Source: Desulfurococcales archaeon (GTDB taxonomy: Archaea; Thermoproteota; Thermoprotei_A; Sulfolobales; Desulfurococcaceae). From it: a DNA stretch of 64,000 nt. Under the pieces are notes generated by a model that worked only from the letters and a program-made list of their open reading frames with translations, made no database searches and was not told the origin of the DNA. Location: contig JALVYU010000026.1 in the NCBI GenBank assembly GCA_027022365.1, positions 448,001 to 512,000 on the forward strand, read 5' to 3'. Made by a program: the position numbers and the translations under genes. The number at the start of each line of letters is the position of its first letter. Positions within the stretch are counted from its first letter, which is position 1. Positions 47,649 through 57,057 of this stretch are shown in pieces.

Positions 47649-48097
47649 CAAGCCTCACCCTTCCATCCAAGGTGTTTAGCTATTTCTCCAAGGGTAATAT
47701 ATCCTCGTGCTAGCCTAGATTTGTCAGCTTCTTCGAATCTGATGAACTCCTTGTTCTGTAGCTCGGGTGGTACTCCATTATAGACTCTTAGGCGTTTATA
47801 GGCTTCCCTACCTTTAGGCTTATCCATTGGTAGCATTCCTCTAACTGTTCTTTTTAATATGTTATGTGGTGATTTTGGCCTCCTGATACCGTGTTTGTAT
47901 GGGTTGTAGTGTGTTGTTACTTTCTCGATCAGCTTGTATCCCATTATGACTCTTTTACGCTCTCCACTGACCACGGCTTTTTCCGCGTTGACAATAAATA
48001 CTCTGTAGCCTTCGAGAAGTTTCTTTGCTACAATGCTTGCAAGCCTACCCAGGATCTGGTCAGAAGCATCAATGTATAGGGTTTTTTCTACGCTCAT
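47648..48097 (-). CDS. rpl13: 50S ribosomal protein L13
   Basis: IDA...ILGRLAS.VAK.L, NAEK, RTVRGMLP. Confidence 0.97.
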   Translation of the reverse strand: MSVEKTLYIDASDQILGRLASIVAKKLLEGYRVFIVNAEKAVVSGERKRVIMGYKLIEKVTTHYNPYKHGIRRPKSPHNILKRTVRGMLPMDKPKGREAYKRLRVYNGVPPELQNKEFIRFEEADKSRLARGYITLGEIAKHLGWKGEA

Positions 48098-48101
48098 TTT
48101 T

Positions 48102-48464
48102 TCACCCTATGATCTTTATATTTGTGCCCTTTGGGTTTTCCCTGGCTAGGTCAAGTATGTATACTGCTTTGCCGCCAGCATTGAGTATTTTCTCAGTAGC
48201 TGTTTTTGAAAATGCTAATGCACCGACCGTTACAGGATGATCTATATGTCCCGAGCCTAAGACCTTGCCCGGTACAACGACTATATCGCCATCTTTCGTG
48301 TATCTGTTTATTCTGCTTATGTTTACAGCTCTCCTCTGTCGTTTTGGTTTCTCCAGTTCATCCGCTACAGCATTCCATATTTTGGCCTTGTATGTATTGG
48401 CTAGTTTCCTTAGCTCACGAATAGTTTTTCTGACCACTATGTTTGTTGGCCCGGTCTTTCTCAT
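48102..48464 (-). CDS. rpl18e: 50S ribosomal protein L18e
   Basis: VN.S.I.R, VVPGKVLG.G, FS..A..KI..AGG. Confidence 0.97.
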   Translation of the reverse strand: MRKTGPTNIVVRKTIRELRKLANTYKAKIWNAVADELEKPKRQRRAVNISRINRYTKDGDIVVVPGKVLGSGHIDHPVTVGALAFSKTATEKILNAGGKAVYILDLARENPKGTNIKIIG

Positions 48465-49318
48465 TTAGTGATCCCCTCCATCTTTAATGATTCTACTAGA
48501 CTATCGAGCTTTGACTCGAGTACCTTGACGGCTTCTAGTAAAACACGTTTTGGACTTAATGCACCTGTGGTTTCGACTAGGAGGATGTACTCGTCTTTGC
48601 GCCAATTAATCTTTATTGCCCGATACTTACATGCTTCTTCGCAGACCTTGCAAAGGCTACAATCAAATATCCTGTCTGAGCTCACTTTTACCCGATCGTT
48701 GTCAATTATCAATATGTTTCTGGGACATACATTTATACAATCTGTACACTCTGGTGCTCTGCATTTTTCATGGTCGATGCTTATGTCAGCTATGAACTTA
48801 TGAGCTGCAACCGATACCGGGCTCCACTTGGCGTGTTCTCTTCCTCTGCCAAGCCTCGCGTAGGCTTCGAAACTAATCTTTTGGCCTGGGCTAAGTATTG
48901 CGATCGGTATCTTATCATATACAGGTTTTACATCGGGATCACTTGTTCTTAGATCACCGCTGTAAAGTGTTATGATGTTATTAGAATTTGGTGGATTTTC
49001 TCCCTCGAGATCGAGTTTTACAAAACAATCCTCTGTAAAAAACCCCCTCTCCGAAGCCTCTCTACATTCCTCTGGAGGCTTATATTTCTCGAGGGCTACC
49101 TCACTTGTAAGGGGGATGAGCCCGAGTCTGTGCGCTATGTATTCGTCATAGAAAATCGTGCTATTAACTGTAAATACGACAGTATCTATAGCCATAGTCG
49201 GTACATCAGCGATCATTGTTCGCCTTATGGAATTCAAAATATGTAGAGGAACGTCTTTTATATACAGTTTTACCCTATTAGGCGATTTCTCCAAAATCTT
49301 GATCTCCAAGTACATCAC
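48461..49318 (-). CDS. rpoD: RNA polymerase subunit D (Rpo3) with ferredoxin-like domain
   Basis: N..RR....VPTMAID, DE..AHRLGLIPL, G.G.EHAKWSP; 8-Cys ferredoxin insert. Confidence 0.96.
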   Translation of the reverse strand: MMYLEIKILEKSPNRVKLYIKDVPLHILNSIRRTMIADVPTMAIDTVVFTVNSTIFYDEYIAHRLGLIPLTSEVALEKYKPPEECREASERGFFTEDCFVKLDLEGENPPNSNNIITLYSGDLRTSDPDVKPVYDKIPIAILSPGQKISFEAYARLGRGREHAKWSPVSVAAHKFIADISIDHEKCRAPECTDCINVCPRNILIIDNDRVKVSSDRIFDCSLCKVCEEACKYRAIKINWRKDEYILLVETTGALSPKRVLLEAVKVLESKLDSLVESLKMEGITK

Positions 49319-49333
49319 CGGGAAAATTACAGA

Positions 49334-49735
49334 TTAGACTCTCCTACCTCTACGGCCACCCGGCCTTCTCGTCGTATCATGAGGTATTGGGGTCACGTCC
49401 TCAATCCTGCCTATAATGAATCCTGCTCTGGCTAATGCCCTGATTGCTGCTTGTGCGCCTGGACCAGGCGTCTTAGGTCCATGGCCTCCTGGTGCCCTTA
49501 CTTTAATATGAAGTGCAGTTATGCCCTTATCCATGGCTTCGGCGGCTGCTCTGCTCGCCGCTATCATTGCTGCGTAGGGGCTTGGTTTTTCTCGGTCTGC
49601 CTTGACTACCATGCCGCCGCTCCATCTACTGACTGTTTCGGCGCCTGTTAAGTCCGTGATGTGCACTATTGTATTGTTAAGGCTACTATAGATGTGGGCT
49701 ACGCCCCATTTAAGCTCTCTACCCATGAATGACAT
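49334..49735 (-). CDS. rps11: 30S ribosomal protein S11
   Basis: NNT...[28 protein letters not shown]. Confidence 0.98.
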   Translation of the reverse strand: MSFMGRELKWGVAHIYSSLNNTIVHITDLTGAETVSRWSGGMVVKADREKPSPYAAMIAASRAAAEAMDKGITALHIKVRAPGGHGPKTPGPGAQAAIRALARAGFIIGRIEDVTPIPHDTTRRPGGRRGRRV

Positions 49736-50253
49736 TAGGCCTCACCCTCCGCGGCCTGTTCAGCTTTTTTCTTGAATGGACTTGTAGGTGCGTAATCAAT
49801 AAGCTCTTCTTCCTCTCTCGAGACTATGTATCCGGGTGATGTGACTCTTCTACCCGCTATAGCTATGTGGCCGTGAACGATTAGCTGTCGTGCTTGATAG
49901 ATTGTTCTGGCGAGGCCTTTCTTGTATACAATGGTCTGTAGTCTTCTTTCAAGGAGATCCTCGGCTTTAAGCGATAGAATATCTTCGAGAGTAGCGTTTT
50001 CCGGTAGTAATCCGAGGTGATATAGTCTCCTCAGGAGGGCTCTCTCTGCTTCGGCTCGTACTTCTGCGGGTGCGGCTAGTAGTGAGCGCGCCTGGTGTCT
50101 AAACTTCCTGATAATAGTGCTGGCAATCCATAGCTCCCTCTTGTTCCTAAGACCGTATGTTCCAAGCAGTCTCAGCTCTTCTTCGAGTACTTCTTTTCTC
50201 CAGGGGTGACGTGGCCCTTCCCACTTCTTACGTGGTTTTCTTGGATCACCCAT
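49735..50253 (-). CDS. rps4: 30S ribosomal protein S4
   Basis: [30 protein letters not shown]. Confidence 0.98.
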   Translation of the reverse strand: MGDPRKPRKKWEGPRHPWRKEVLEEELRLLGTYGLRNKRELWIASTIIRKFRHQARSLLAAPAEVRAEAERALLRRLYHLGLLPENATLEDILSLKAEDLLERRLQTIVYKKGLARTIYQARQLIVHGHIAIAGRRVTSPGYIVSREEEELIDYAPTSPFKKKAEQAAEGEA

Positions 50254-50260
50254 TTAAGGA

Positions 50261-50713
50261 TCACCTCCTCTTCTTACGGACACCAACGGTTATTCCTAGC
50301 CTACCCGTTGTACGTGTGCGCTGTCCGCGAACTTTCAGTCCAAGTGCATGCCTTATACCGCGCCAGCTCTTAATCTTCTTCTCGCGCTCGATATCCTGTT
50401 TAACATAGAATATTAGTTCGGGGCCTATCAAGTGCAGATCCTTACCAGTTGTATAGTCTTTCCTCCTATTGAGCATCCATACCGGTATCTTGTATTCTTT
50501 AGGCGATTTTAGGAACTCCTCTATTCGCTTTATCTCTTCATCAGTGAGATAGCCTATACGCATCTCAGGATCTATTCCTAGAACCCGACACATTGCATAA
50601 GCCAGATTGACGCCGACACCTTTTATCTCAGCAAGCCCATAAGCAGTTTTCAAGCTACCATCAATGTCTGTACCCGCTATTCTTACGATGTATCGAAATA
50701 TCCTTTCGCTCAA
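50261..50713 (-). CDS. rps13: 30S ribosomal protein S13
   Basis: IVRI..TD.DG, IKGVG, NRRKD..TG, RG.RH..GL.VRGQRT; TTG start with GAGGT SD. Confidence 0.97.
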   Translation of the reverse strand: MSERIFRYIVRIAGTDIDGSLKTAYGLAEIKGVGVNLAYAMCRVLGIDPEMRIGYLTDEEIKRIEEFLKSPKEYKIPVWMLNRRKDYTTGKDLHLIGPELIFYVKQDIEREKKIKSWRGIRHALGLKVRGQRTRTTGRLGITVGVRKKRR

Positions 50714-50862
50714 TACCTCTGGACACCCGCTCATTATTTATTCTCAATAATCCTTTTTGATAGGGATATTTCTCCGCCATTATAAGTTTATCCTTTCATA
50801 CACATGGCGGTATAAACTGCAATAGACACGTATATTGATCCAGCATACATATTGTTGTTGGC

Positions 50863-50925
50863 GGTCAGGAGGGGCGAAATGCTTCATCCCTGTATGGTCA
50901 TTACCCTAAAGCGCTTCTTCATCCC
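50863..50925 (-). ncRNA. Box C/D guide sRNA
   Basis: Minus strand: GG-ATGAAGA (C), guide AGCGCTTTAGGGTA, D' ATGA, C' ATGAAGC, guide ATTTCGCCCCTC, D CTGA, CC. Confidence 0.75.
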
Positions 50926-50999
50926 ATGAGAAATATTCTTGTCAAAGCCTCTACTAAATAAAATTGGTTTGCTCAGGACAAGGTGTTAGGGAGAAATGG

Positions 51000-51088
51000 T
51001 GGCGCCGGGGGCGGGATTCGAACCCGCGCGCCCCTTACGGGGCACTGGCTCTCCAGGCCAGCCCCTTAGGCCGCTCGGGCACCCCGGC
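51000..51088 (-). tRNA. tRNA-Ser(GGA)
   Basis: GCCGGGGTGCCCGAG..., anticodon arm CTGGC-CT-GGA-GA-GCCAG, long variable arm, encoded CCA; follows S10. Confidence 0.96.
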
Positions 51089-51195
51089 ACCTAGCTCCAT
51101 TATTATAATATCAAGTATTATAATGCTAATTCAATTATAAGTATGGTTTTTGGATAATCAGTGCTCCGGAACAAAACTCTCGGCCATAATTACAA

Positions 51196-51513
51196 TCATA
51201 TTTTTCCATGAACTAATTCTACTTCCATCCATATCTCCGGCGGTACACGTACACGTATTAAGTGCTTCATAACTCTTTCATCAGCTGCTATGAATAGTAC
51301 ACGTTTATGTATTCGCATCTCCCATTTCTCCCATTTCTTCTTCCCTTCTCCATGGGGTAGTTTGAGCGTTCTCACAATCATTCTCTTTGTTGGGAGCGGT
51401 ATTGGGCCGGACATATTGACTCCAGTCTTCTTAACTATGTCCACGATCTTTCCGACGAACTCGTTAAGCACGTTTACATTAGTGCTCCATATCTTTATCT
51501 TTACCATAGACAT
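51196..51513 (-). CDS. rps10: 30S ribosomal protein S10
   Basis: [13 protein letters not shown]...[10 protein letters not shown]. Confidence 0.97.
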   Translation of the reverse strand: MSMVKIKIWSTNVNVLNEFVGKIVDIVKKTGVNMSGPIPLPTKRMIVRTLKLPHGEGKKKWEKWEMRIHKRVLFIAADERVMKHLIRVRVPPEIWMEVELVHGKI

Positions 51514-51601
51514 TGTTCACGCCTCCATTATCCATATGGTTCTAAGGATAGAAGAAGTGTATAGGGGTAGAAAAACCCTATGGTTGTTATTTGGAAGAAC
51601 T

Positions 51602-52921
51602 TTACTTAGCCTTGATCTCTATCTTCATGGGTTTGACGTCTACTACTACGCCGATACCTATTGTCTTGCCCATGTCACGCATCGCGAATCTGCCAAGTGG
51701 CGGTATCTCGCTGTACTTCTCGATTACTAGAGGCTTTATAGGCTTAAACCTAACTATTGCTGCATCGCCCATCTTTAGGAACTGTGGGTTCTCCTCTACA
51801 ACCTTACCGGTTCTTGGATCTAGTTTAGCCTTTATCTCGACGATTCTGCATGCAACGCTGGCCGTGTGAACGTGTAGTACTGGCGTGTATCCTACAGTGA
51901 TTGCTGTTGGGTGCCATATGATGAATACACGGGCAGTGAACTCCTCCGCCACTGTTGGCGGCTTGTCTAGGTGGCCTGCTACGTCTCCACGCCTGATGTC
52001 GCGCTTGGAGATGCCACGTACATTGAATCCGATATTGTCACCGGGCTCGGCCTTCTCGATCCTCACATGGTGGGTCTCAATGCTCCTGACTTCTCCTACC
52101 TTCGCCGGAGGCATGAACACTACCTTGTCGCCGACCTTCAGTACACCGGTCTCTACTCTGCCCACCGGCACGGTGCCTACTCCGGAGATAGCGTAGACGT
52201 CCTGTATGGGTATTCTTAGAGGCTTGTCGATCGGCTTCGGTGGCGGTGTTAGCATGTCAAGGGCTTCTACTAGTGTTGGGCCATCGTACCATGGCATGTT
52301 GGGGCTACGCTCAATAAGGTTGTCACCAGTCCATGCTGATACTGGGATGAATGGTATCTTGCTGATGTCATAGCCTAGGCTCTTGAGGAACTTTCCTAGA
52401 ATGGTCTTGATCTGCTCGTACCTCTTCTGGCTCCATGGAGGCTCGGTTGCGTCCATCTTGTTTACAGCAACTATTAGCTGGTTGATACCCATTGTCTTTG
52501 CTAGGATAGCGTGCTCACGGGTCTGTCCCTCGGGGCTCATTCCGGCCTCGAACTCACCTTTTCTTGCACTTACAACGAGTAGTGCTGCGTCAGCCTGGCT
52601 TGCACCGGTGATCATGTTCTTAATGAAGTCTCTGTGGCCAGGAGCGTCGATAATCGTGAAGATATATTTCCTTGTCTCGAATTTCATGTAGGTTAGGGCA
52701 ATGGTTACTCCGCGCTCTCTTTCTTCTTTGAGTTTGTCGAGAAGCCATGCATACTTGAAGGTCTCTTTGCCCTTCTTCTTAGCCTCTTCCTCTAGCATTT
52801 GCAGAGTCTTCTGATCTACTAGACCTAGTCGGTACAGAATATGGCCTACTAGCGTGCTCTTACCATGGTCTACGTGGCCGATTACTACAAGGTTTAGGTG
52901 TGGTTTCTCCTTGCTGCTCAT
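51602..52921 (-). CDS. tuf: Translation elongation factor 1 alpha
   Basis: GHVDHGKST, ERERG.TI, DAPGHRDF, NKMD, GRFAMRDMG. Confidence 0.98.
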   Translation of the reverse strand: MSSKEKPHLNLVVIGHVDHGKSTLVGHILYRLGLVDQKTLQMLEEEAKKKGKETFKYAWLLDKLKEERERGVTIALTYMKFETRKYIFTIIDAPGHRDFIKNMITGASQADAALLVVSARKGEFEAGMSPEGQTREHAILAKTMGINQLIVAVNKMDATEPPWSQKRYEQIKTILGKFLKSLGYDISKIPFIPVSAWTGDNLIERSPNMPWYDGPTLVEALDMLTPPPKPIDKPLRIPIQDVYAISGVGTVPVGRVETGVLKVGDKVVFMPPAKVGEVRSIETHHVRIEKAEPGDNIGFNVRGISKRDIRRGDVAGHLDKPPTVAEEFTARVFIIWHPTAITVGYTPVLHVHTASVACRIVEIKAKLDPRTGKVVEENPQFLKMGDAAIVRFKPIKPLVIEKYSEIPPLGRFAMRDMGKTIGIGVVVDVKPMKIEIKAK

Positions 52922-53155
52922 TATCTATACACCCCTTTTCCAGGGATCTAAATCTAAATCCTCCTATAGGTTCAGATAGCACAATGCTATGTAGAGTAGA
53001 TAAGGATACCGTCTTTATAAAGATATCCATTGGGTGTACTGGAATCTATGGGCTAGAAATATACTTGAAAATACATTAAAAACATTAAACGGTTCTTCAC
53101 TGTATTACATGATAAATTTATATGATAAGTATTGAATTAGTTCTTGATATAGTCG

Positions 53156-53749
53156 TTACCTACTGCTTAAGGCTATTCTCTCAATCTCCTCCTTCCTCTG
53201 AACTGCGTAGCTCTTAGGATCGTTGTTGGCCGCGAGTATTATCTCTTCAGCGAGAGCTTCTTCTATGGGCATTGGATTGTTGAATGCCTTGGCTCTTGCA
53301 CCCTCAGTTATGTGTTTCAAGGCTAGATCAACTCGTCTCTGCGGAGAAACATCCACTGCTACGTGGTATACAATACCACCATACATGATCCTTGTTGTTT
53401 CTTCTCTTGGCGCGGTATTCTCTATTGCCCGCACAAGTACCTGTATGGGATTCTCGCCTGTCTTCAGGTATATCAGGTCGAAGGCCTTCTTTACAATATT
53501 GTAAGCTAGGTGTTTTTTGCCCATGTTCCTGCCTGGACGCATAACCTTGTTTATTAATCTCTCAACTATGGGTACTTCGGCCTTACCAAATCTTCTGTGC
53601 TCGTGTCTCCCACCTGTATGTGGTAGGAATACTGGTCTTAGACATATGTATCTCTTAAGCCCAGGATCTCGGACAACAATGTTGTCGTAACTCCATTTAC
53701 CAAACAACTTTATTTCCTGTACCTTAACAATGACTCCCTCTTCAGCCAC
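53156..53749 (-). CDS. rps7: 30S ribosomal protein S7
   Basis: LFGKW, PIVERL, NP.QVLV.AIEN..PRE, ERIA.SSR. Confidence 0.97.
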   Translation of the reverse strand: MAEEGVIVKVQEIKLFGKWSYDNIVVRDPGLKRYICLRPVFLPHTGGRHEHRRFGKAEVPIVERLINKVMRPGRNMGKKHLAYNIVKKAFDLIYLKTGENPIQVLVRAIENTAPREETTRIMYGGIVYHVAVDVSPQRRVDLALKHITEGARAKAFNNPMPIEEALAEEIILAANNDPKSYAVQRKEEIERIALSSR

Positions 53750-53912
53750 TCCTATCACCAGCGCTTCTTACCTGCCTTTTCCAACACTGGTTTTCTCCTT
53801 TAAATCCTTAACTTTAAGCGTTTCCCGTAACGTTGTGTCGGGGCTTTTCGAACAGTCTCCTCCAGGCTAAGTGCCCTAGCAGATATTAGGGTGTATTTAT
53901 CCATGAAAACAT

Positions 53913-54452
53913 TTGTCTGGAGGGATAGTATTGAGTCAAGCCGATTATACCGAGGATGAATTAGTAAGAGTTGTTGATGTTTATGGTGTTATAAGGACTG
54001 AGGCATTCTTCTATTCTACAAGAATAGTATGTGTAATGGAGGATGGCAGGTACTTCTACCTTGAGCGTGTCCCCTTCGATATCATAATAGCTCTAAAGAA
54101 ACTTAGGGGTGAAGAAATAGAGGATGATAGAGAAAGACTTGTCGATATTCTCGTGAGTATGCCTGAAGTAATCGAGCTTATGGGTAAGCACCTCAAAAGA
54201 GTCATAATTAATGAGCTAAATATGGATACTGCTGTATACAGCGCCATAGCGGAGTTCAGTGACGGGAGTATGGTTATAAGAAGAAAGATGGTGCCTAGCC
54301 ATGCAATATTCCTGGCTGTACTAACCAACAAACCTATCTACGTGCGTAGACAGCTTATCGATGAGCAAGAAGAAATGGCTATGAATGATCTCCTTGACGA
54401 GGAATCTGAGACTGATCTTGACGATGATGAGGAATTTGATGACATGTACTGA
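53913..54452 (+). CDS. Bifunctional nuclease domain (DUF151/BFN-like) protein with acidic tail
   Basis: V.I.E.....VY.A, ..PS.AI.LA.....PIYV pattern; D/E-rich C-terminus. Confidence 0.65.
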   Translation: MSGGIVLSQADYTEDELVRVVDVYGVIRTEAFFYSTRIVCVMEDGRYFYLERVPFDIIIALKKLRGEEIEDDRERLVDILVSMPEVIELMGKHLKRVIINELNMDTAVYSAIAEFSDGSMVIRRKMVPSHAIFLAVLTNKPIYVRRQLIDEQEEMAMNDLLDEESETDLDDDEEFDDMY

Positions 54453-54545
54453 TATCGAATCTAGACTTCTTATGAACTAAGCTAGAGAGAAGAGTTTATC
54501 TAATAAACTATTCTCGCTGAATGAAATGATCTATTTATAAGAGCA

Positions 54546-54989
54546 TCAGCGTATAGGCTTCTGTTTCTTACCAAGATATAATGCTTTCAGTGATACACCA
54601 TTTACCATTATAACTTTATAACGTACACCCGGTATGTCACCCATTGAGCGTCCACGGGGACCTCCTATACCCTCGATTATCACCTCATCGTGCTCGTCAA
54701 TGTAGTTTATCCCGCCGTCGAATGGTACGAATGCTGTTACCACTTTGCCATTCTTGGCTAGCTGTACACGGACACATTTTCTGACAGCCGAGTTCGGCTG
54801 ACGGGCTTCAACGCCTACCTTCTCTAGTACTATGCCTCTAGCCATTGGTGCGCCTTCTAGTGGGTCATGCTTCTTCTTGAGGCCAAGCATCTTGATCTTG
54901 AATTCGCGCTGGCTCCACCTAAACTTTAGTCTTTTCTTCTTAAGCTTTCTTGCTGCGAATAGCCCGTTTGGTGCTTTCTTGCCAGCCAT
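54546..54989 (-). CDS. rps12: 30S ribosomal protein S12
   Basis: [27 protein letters not shown]. Confidence 0.98.
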   Translation of the reverse strand: MAGKKAPNGLFAARKLKKKRLKFRWSQREFKIKMLGLKKKHDPLEGAPMARGIVLEKVGVEARQPNSAVRKCVRVQLAKNGKVVTAFVPFDGGINYIDEHDEVIIEGIGGPRGRSMGDIPGVRYKVIMVNGVSLKALYLGKKQKPIR

Positions 54990-55061
54990 TTCTCTGTCAC
55001 CCTCTATTCATTTCAACTAGTCTGGTAGGGGTTCTTAAACACTATCTTTCCATGTTTTAGT

Positions 55062-55511
55062 TTAGGCTATTATTACGGAATCTATGCCGAAGTATCTCTT
55101 CAGTATTATTCTTGCCCTCGCAACATTCTTGCCGCCTCTCCCGATGGCAAGTCCTTTGTCTTTTGGCTCGACACTCACGTATACTACTTTTTTACCGCCA
55201 GGCCTGTTGACTAGCTTTACTTCCCTTACTCTGGCCGGCGCTAGAGAATAGCGTACGGCGTCTTCTAGATTCTCGCTGAATCCGACAATCTCTATGTTCT
55301 TCCCTAGGAGTTTTCGTAATTTTTGTACGTATATTCCTCTGGGACCTACAGCTTTACCTATCTCGTCGGGGTTTACTAGGAATATTATGCGTCCGTTCTC
55401 CTCATCGACTATGCAATCGCGTACATGTACTCCTGTTAGCTCGTGGAGGAGGGCCATGTATCGGAATTCTTCTGGTGTCAGTTTTATTACGTTCCTGCCT
55501 TCTACACTCAC
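55062..55511 (-). CDS. nusA: Transcription factor NusA (archaeal, two KH domains)
   Basis: DC......IF.V, G.A.G..G, KG.AIG.GG.N. Confidence 0.93.
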   Translation of the reverse strand: MSVEGRNVIKLTPEEFRYMALLHELTGVHVRDCIVDEENGRIIFLVNPDEIGKAVGPRGIYVQKLRKLLGKNIEIVGFSENLEDAVRYSLAPARVREVKLVNRPGGKKVVYVSVEPKDKGLAIGRGGKNVARARIILKRYFGIDSVIIA

Positions 55512-55831
55512 GCTTCAATCCCCTCCTCGACCAGATCTAAAATATTAGACTGGCCTGGGTCGACGATGGCAAGTGATGCTATACCGAATGGTTTGCCGGC
55601 AAGTGCTCCTAGCTCCATGTTGGTGCCTGGGAATCGGAACACTGGTATGTTTGAGAGCCTTGCATAGTATTCTATGTCTCTCTTTAGCTCCGGCGGCGCA
55701 TTGTTCGCTATGACGACTAACCTGGCTTTGCCGTGGAGGACTAGTTTTAGTGTTTTCTTACTCCCTATGACTACTTCTCCTGTTTTGAAAGTCATTTGCA
55801 GGGCACGTATGAAATCTACTATTGAGGGCAT
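55508..55831 (-). CDS. rpl30e: 50S ribosomal protein L30e
   Basis: TG.V..G...T, A.N.P, ELG...GKPF, D.G.S.I. Confidence 0.96.
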   Translation of the reverse strand: MPSIVDFIRALQMTFKTGEVVIGSKKTLKLVLHGKARLVVIANNAPPELKRDIEYYARLSNIPVFRFPGTNMELGALAGKPFGIASLAIVDPGQSNILDLVEEGIEA

Positions 55832-55848
55832 TTCTATTTCTACACCTC

Positions 55849-57057
55849 TTACTCTTCTTCTCCACGCCCATAGGGTTTATAGGGAGTCATATATATTTCT
55901 ACAATTCCCGTACCTACAGGTACGGGTTGTCCAACAATTACGTTTTCGGTAACACCTACGAGTGGATCTTCTTCTCCAGAAACAGCTGCTTCTGCCAGCT
56001 TCTGGACGGTCATTTCGAAAGCAGCTCTTGCGAGAACACCTGTTTTTTCTCCGGCTATACCCATTCTTCCTACTTGTTTCACTTTGCCTGTCCATGTCAT
56101 CATGTCTGCAAGGAGCATAACATGTCTTACATCAACATCAAGTCCTTGGTCTTCTAGTACGTTTATGACTTCCCTAATGATCGCTGAGCGGGCGGCCTCT
56201 ATTCCTAGCACCTCTTCTATTTCCGCTATGTTGTTAGTGTATACTCTCCTATAGTCTACACCCGGTATCTTCATTACTTCTGCTAGGTTACTTCCTTCGG
56301 CGACAAGTATGTATTCATCTCCTCTTTCCTGTATAATCACCTTGTTTATGCCTTTGATACCCTTTACCTTCGCCTTAGAGATCTTGACACGTATTCTCTC
56401 TATTTTGGTGTAATCGGCTTTCTCAGGTTTGAGATCTATTCTTATAGTATTAGGATCTTCTTCGTCCTGGTAGACTTTGCCCAGTTTCAGTTTTTCGAGA
56501 ACTTTTATGACTGTTTCAGGAGTAACGCCTTTGTCCATTAACATTTCTGGATCGAGAACTATAATGGCGCCTTCGAACGGGTTAACTATTATTTCCTTTG
56601 CAATGTTCTCGATTGTTGTTGTCTCTATCTTTCGTGCAATCTCCTTGGCTTTCTCCTCAGAGTATTTATGCTCGTCGTCGAGGTAGATCTCCATTATCGC
56701 TGTACTGGGCTTTTTCCTCGCGTCAACAATCTCTATTAGTCTGGGTAGACCTAGGGTGATGTTGAATTCTCTGACACCTGCATAGTGGAATGTTCTTAGG
56801 GTCATCTGAGTTGATGGTTCGCCGAGGCTCTGCGCAGCAACGGTACCTACGGGCTCTCCCGGCTCTACCTGGCTTATATCATATCTTCTTATGGTCTCCT
56901 CGATTATTGCTTGTAGTTCTTCCTCATATAGCCCATGTTCTTTGTATATCCCGATGAGTTTCTCTCTGAGTTTTTCGTAAACAGCCTTACTGACTTTTCC
57001 CTCAAGATTCTCCTTGAGAATGGTCTCTAGTTTTTTGATTGACTTGATTCTTTTCAT
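55849..57057 (-). CDS. rpoA2: RNA polymerase subunit A'' (Rpo1C)
   Basis: [37 protein letters not shown]. Confidence 0.97.
   Translation of the reverse strand: MKRIKSIKKLETILKENLEGKVSKAVYEKLREKLIGIYKEHGLYEEELQAIIEETIRRYDISQVEPGEPVGTVAAQSLGEPSTQMTLRTFHYAGVREFNITLGLPRLIEIVDARKKPSTAIMEIYLDDEHKYSEEKAKEIARKIETTTIENIAKEIIVNPFEGAIIVLDPEMLMDKGVTPETVIKVLEKLKLGKVYQDEEDPNTIRIDLKPEKADYTKIERIRVKISKAKVKGIKGINKVIIQERGDEYILVAEGSNLAEVMKIPGVDYRRVYTNNIAEIEEVLGIEAARSAIIREVINVLEDQGLDVDVRHVMLLADMMTWTGKVKQVGRMGIAGEKTGVLARAAFEMTVQKLAEAAVSGEEDPLVGVTENVIVGQPVPVGTGIVEIYMTPYKPYGRGEEE

Noticed and set aside
53820-53885. Locally GC-richer segment with short hairpins and an ACA triplet between rps7 and the DUF151-like gene, considered as an H/ACA RNA
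   Set aside because: Could not form a long stem with pseudouridylation pocket and K-turn; may just be leader sequence.
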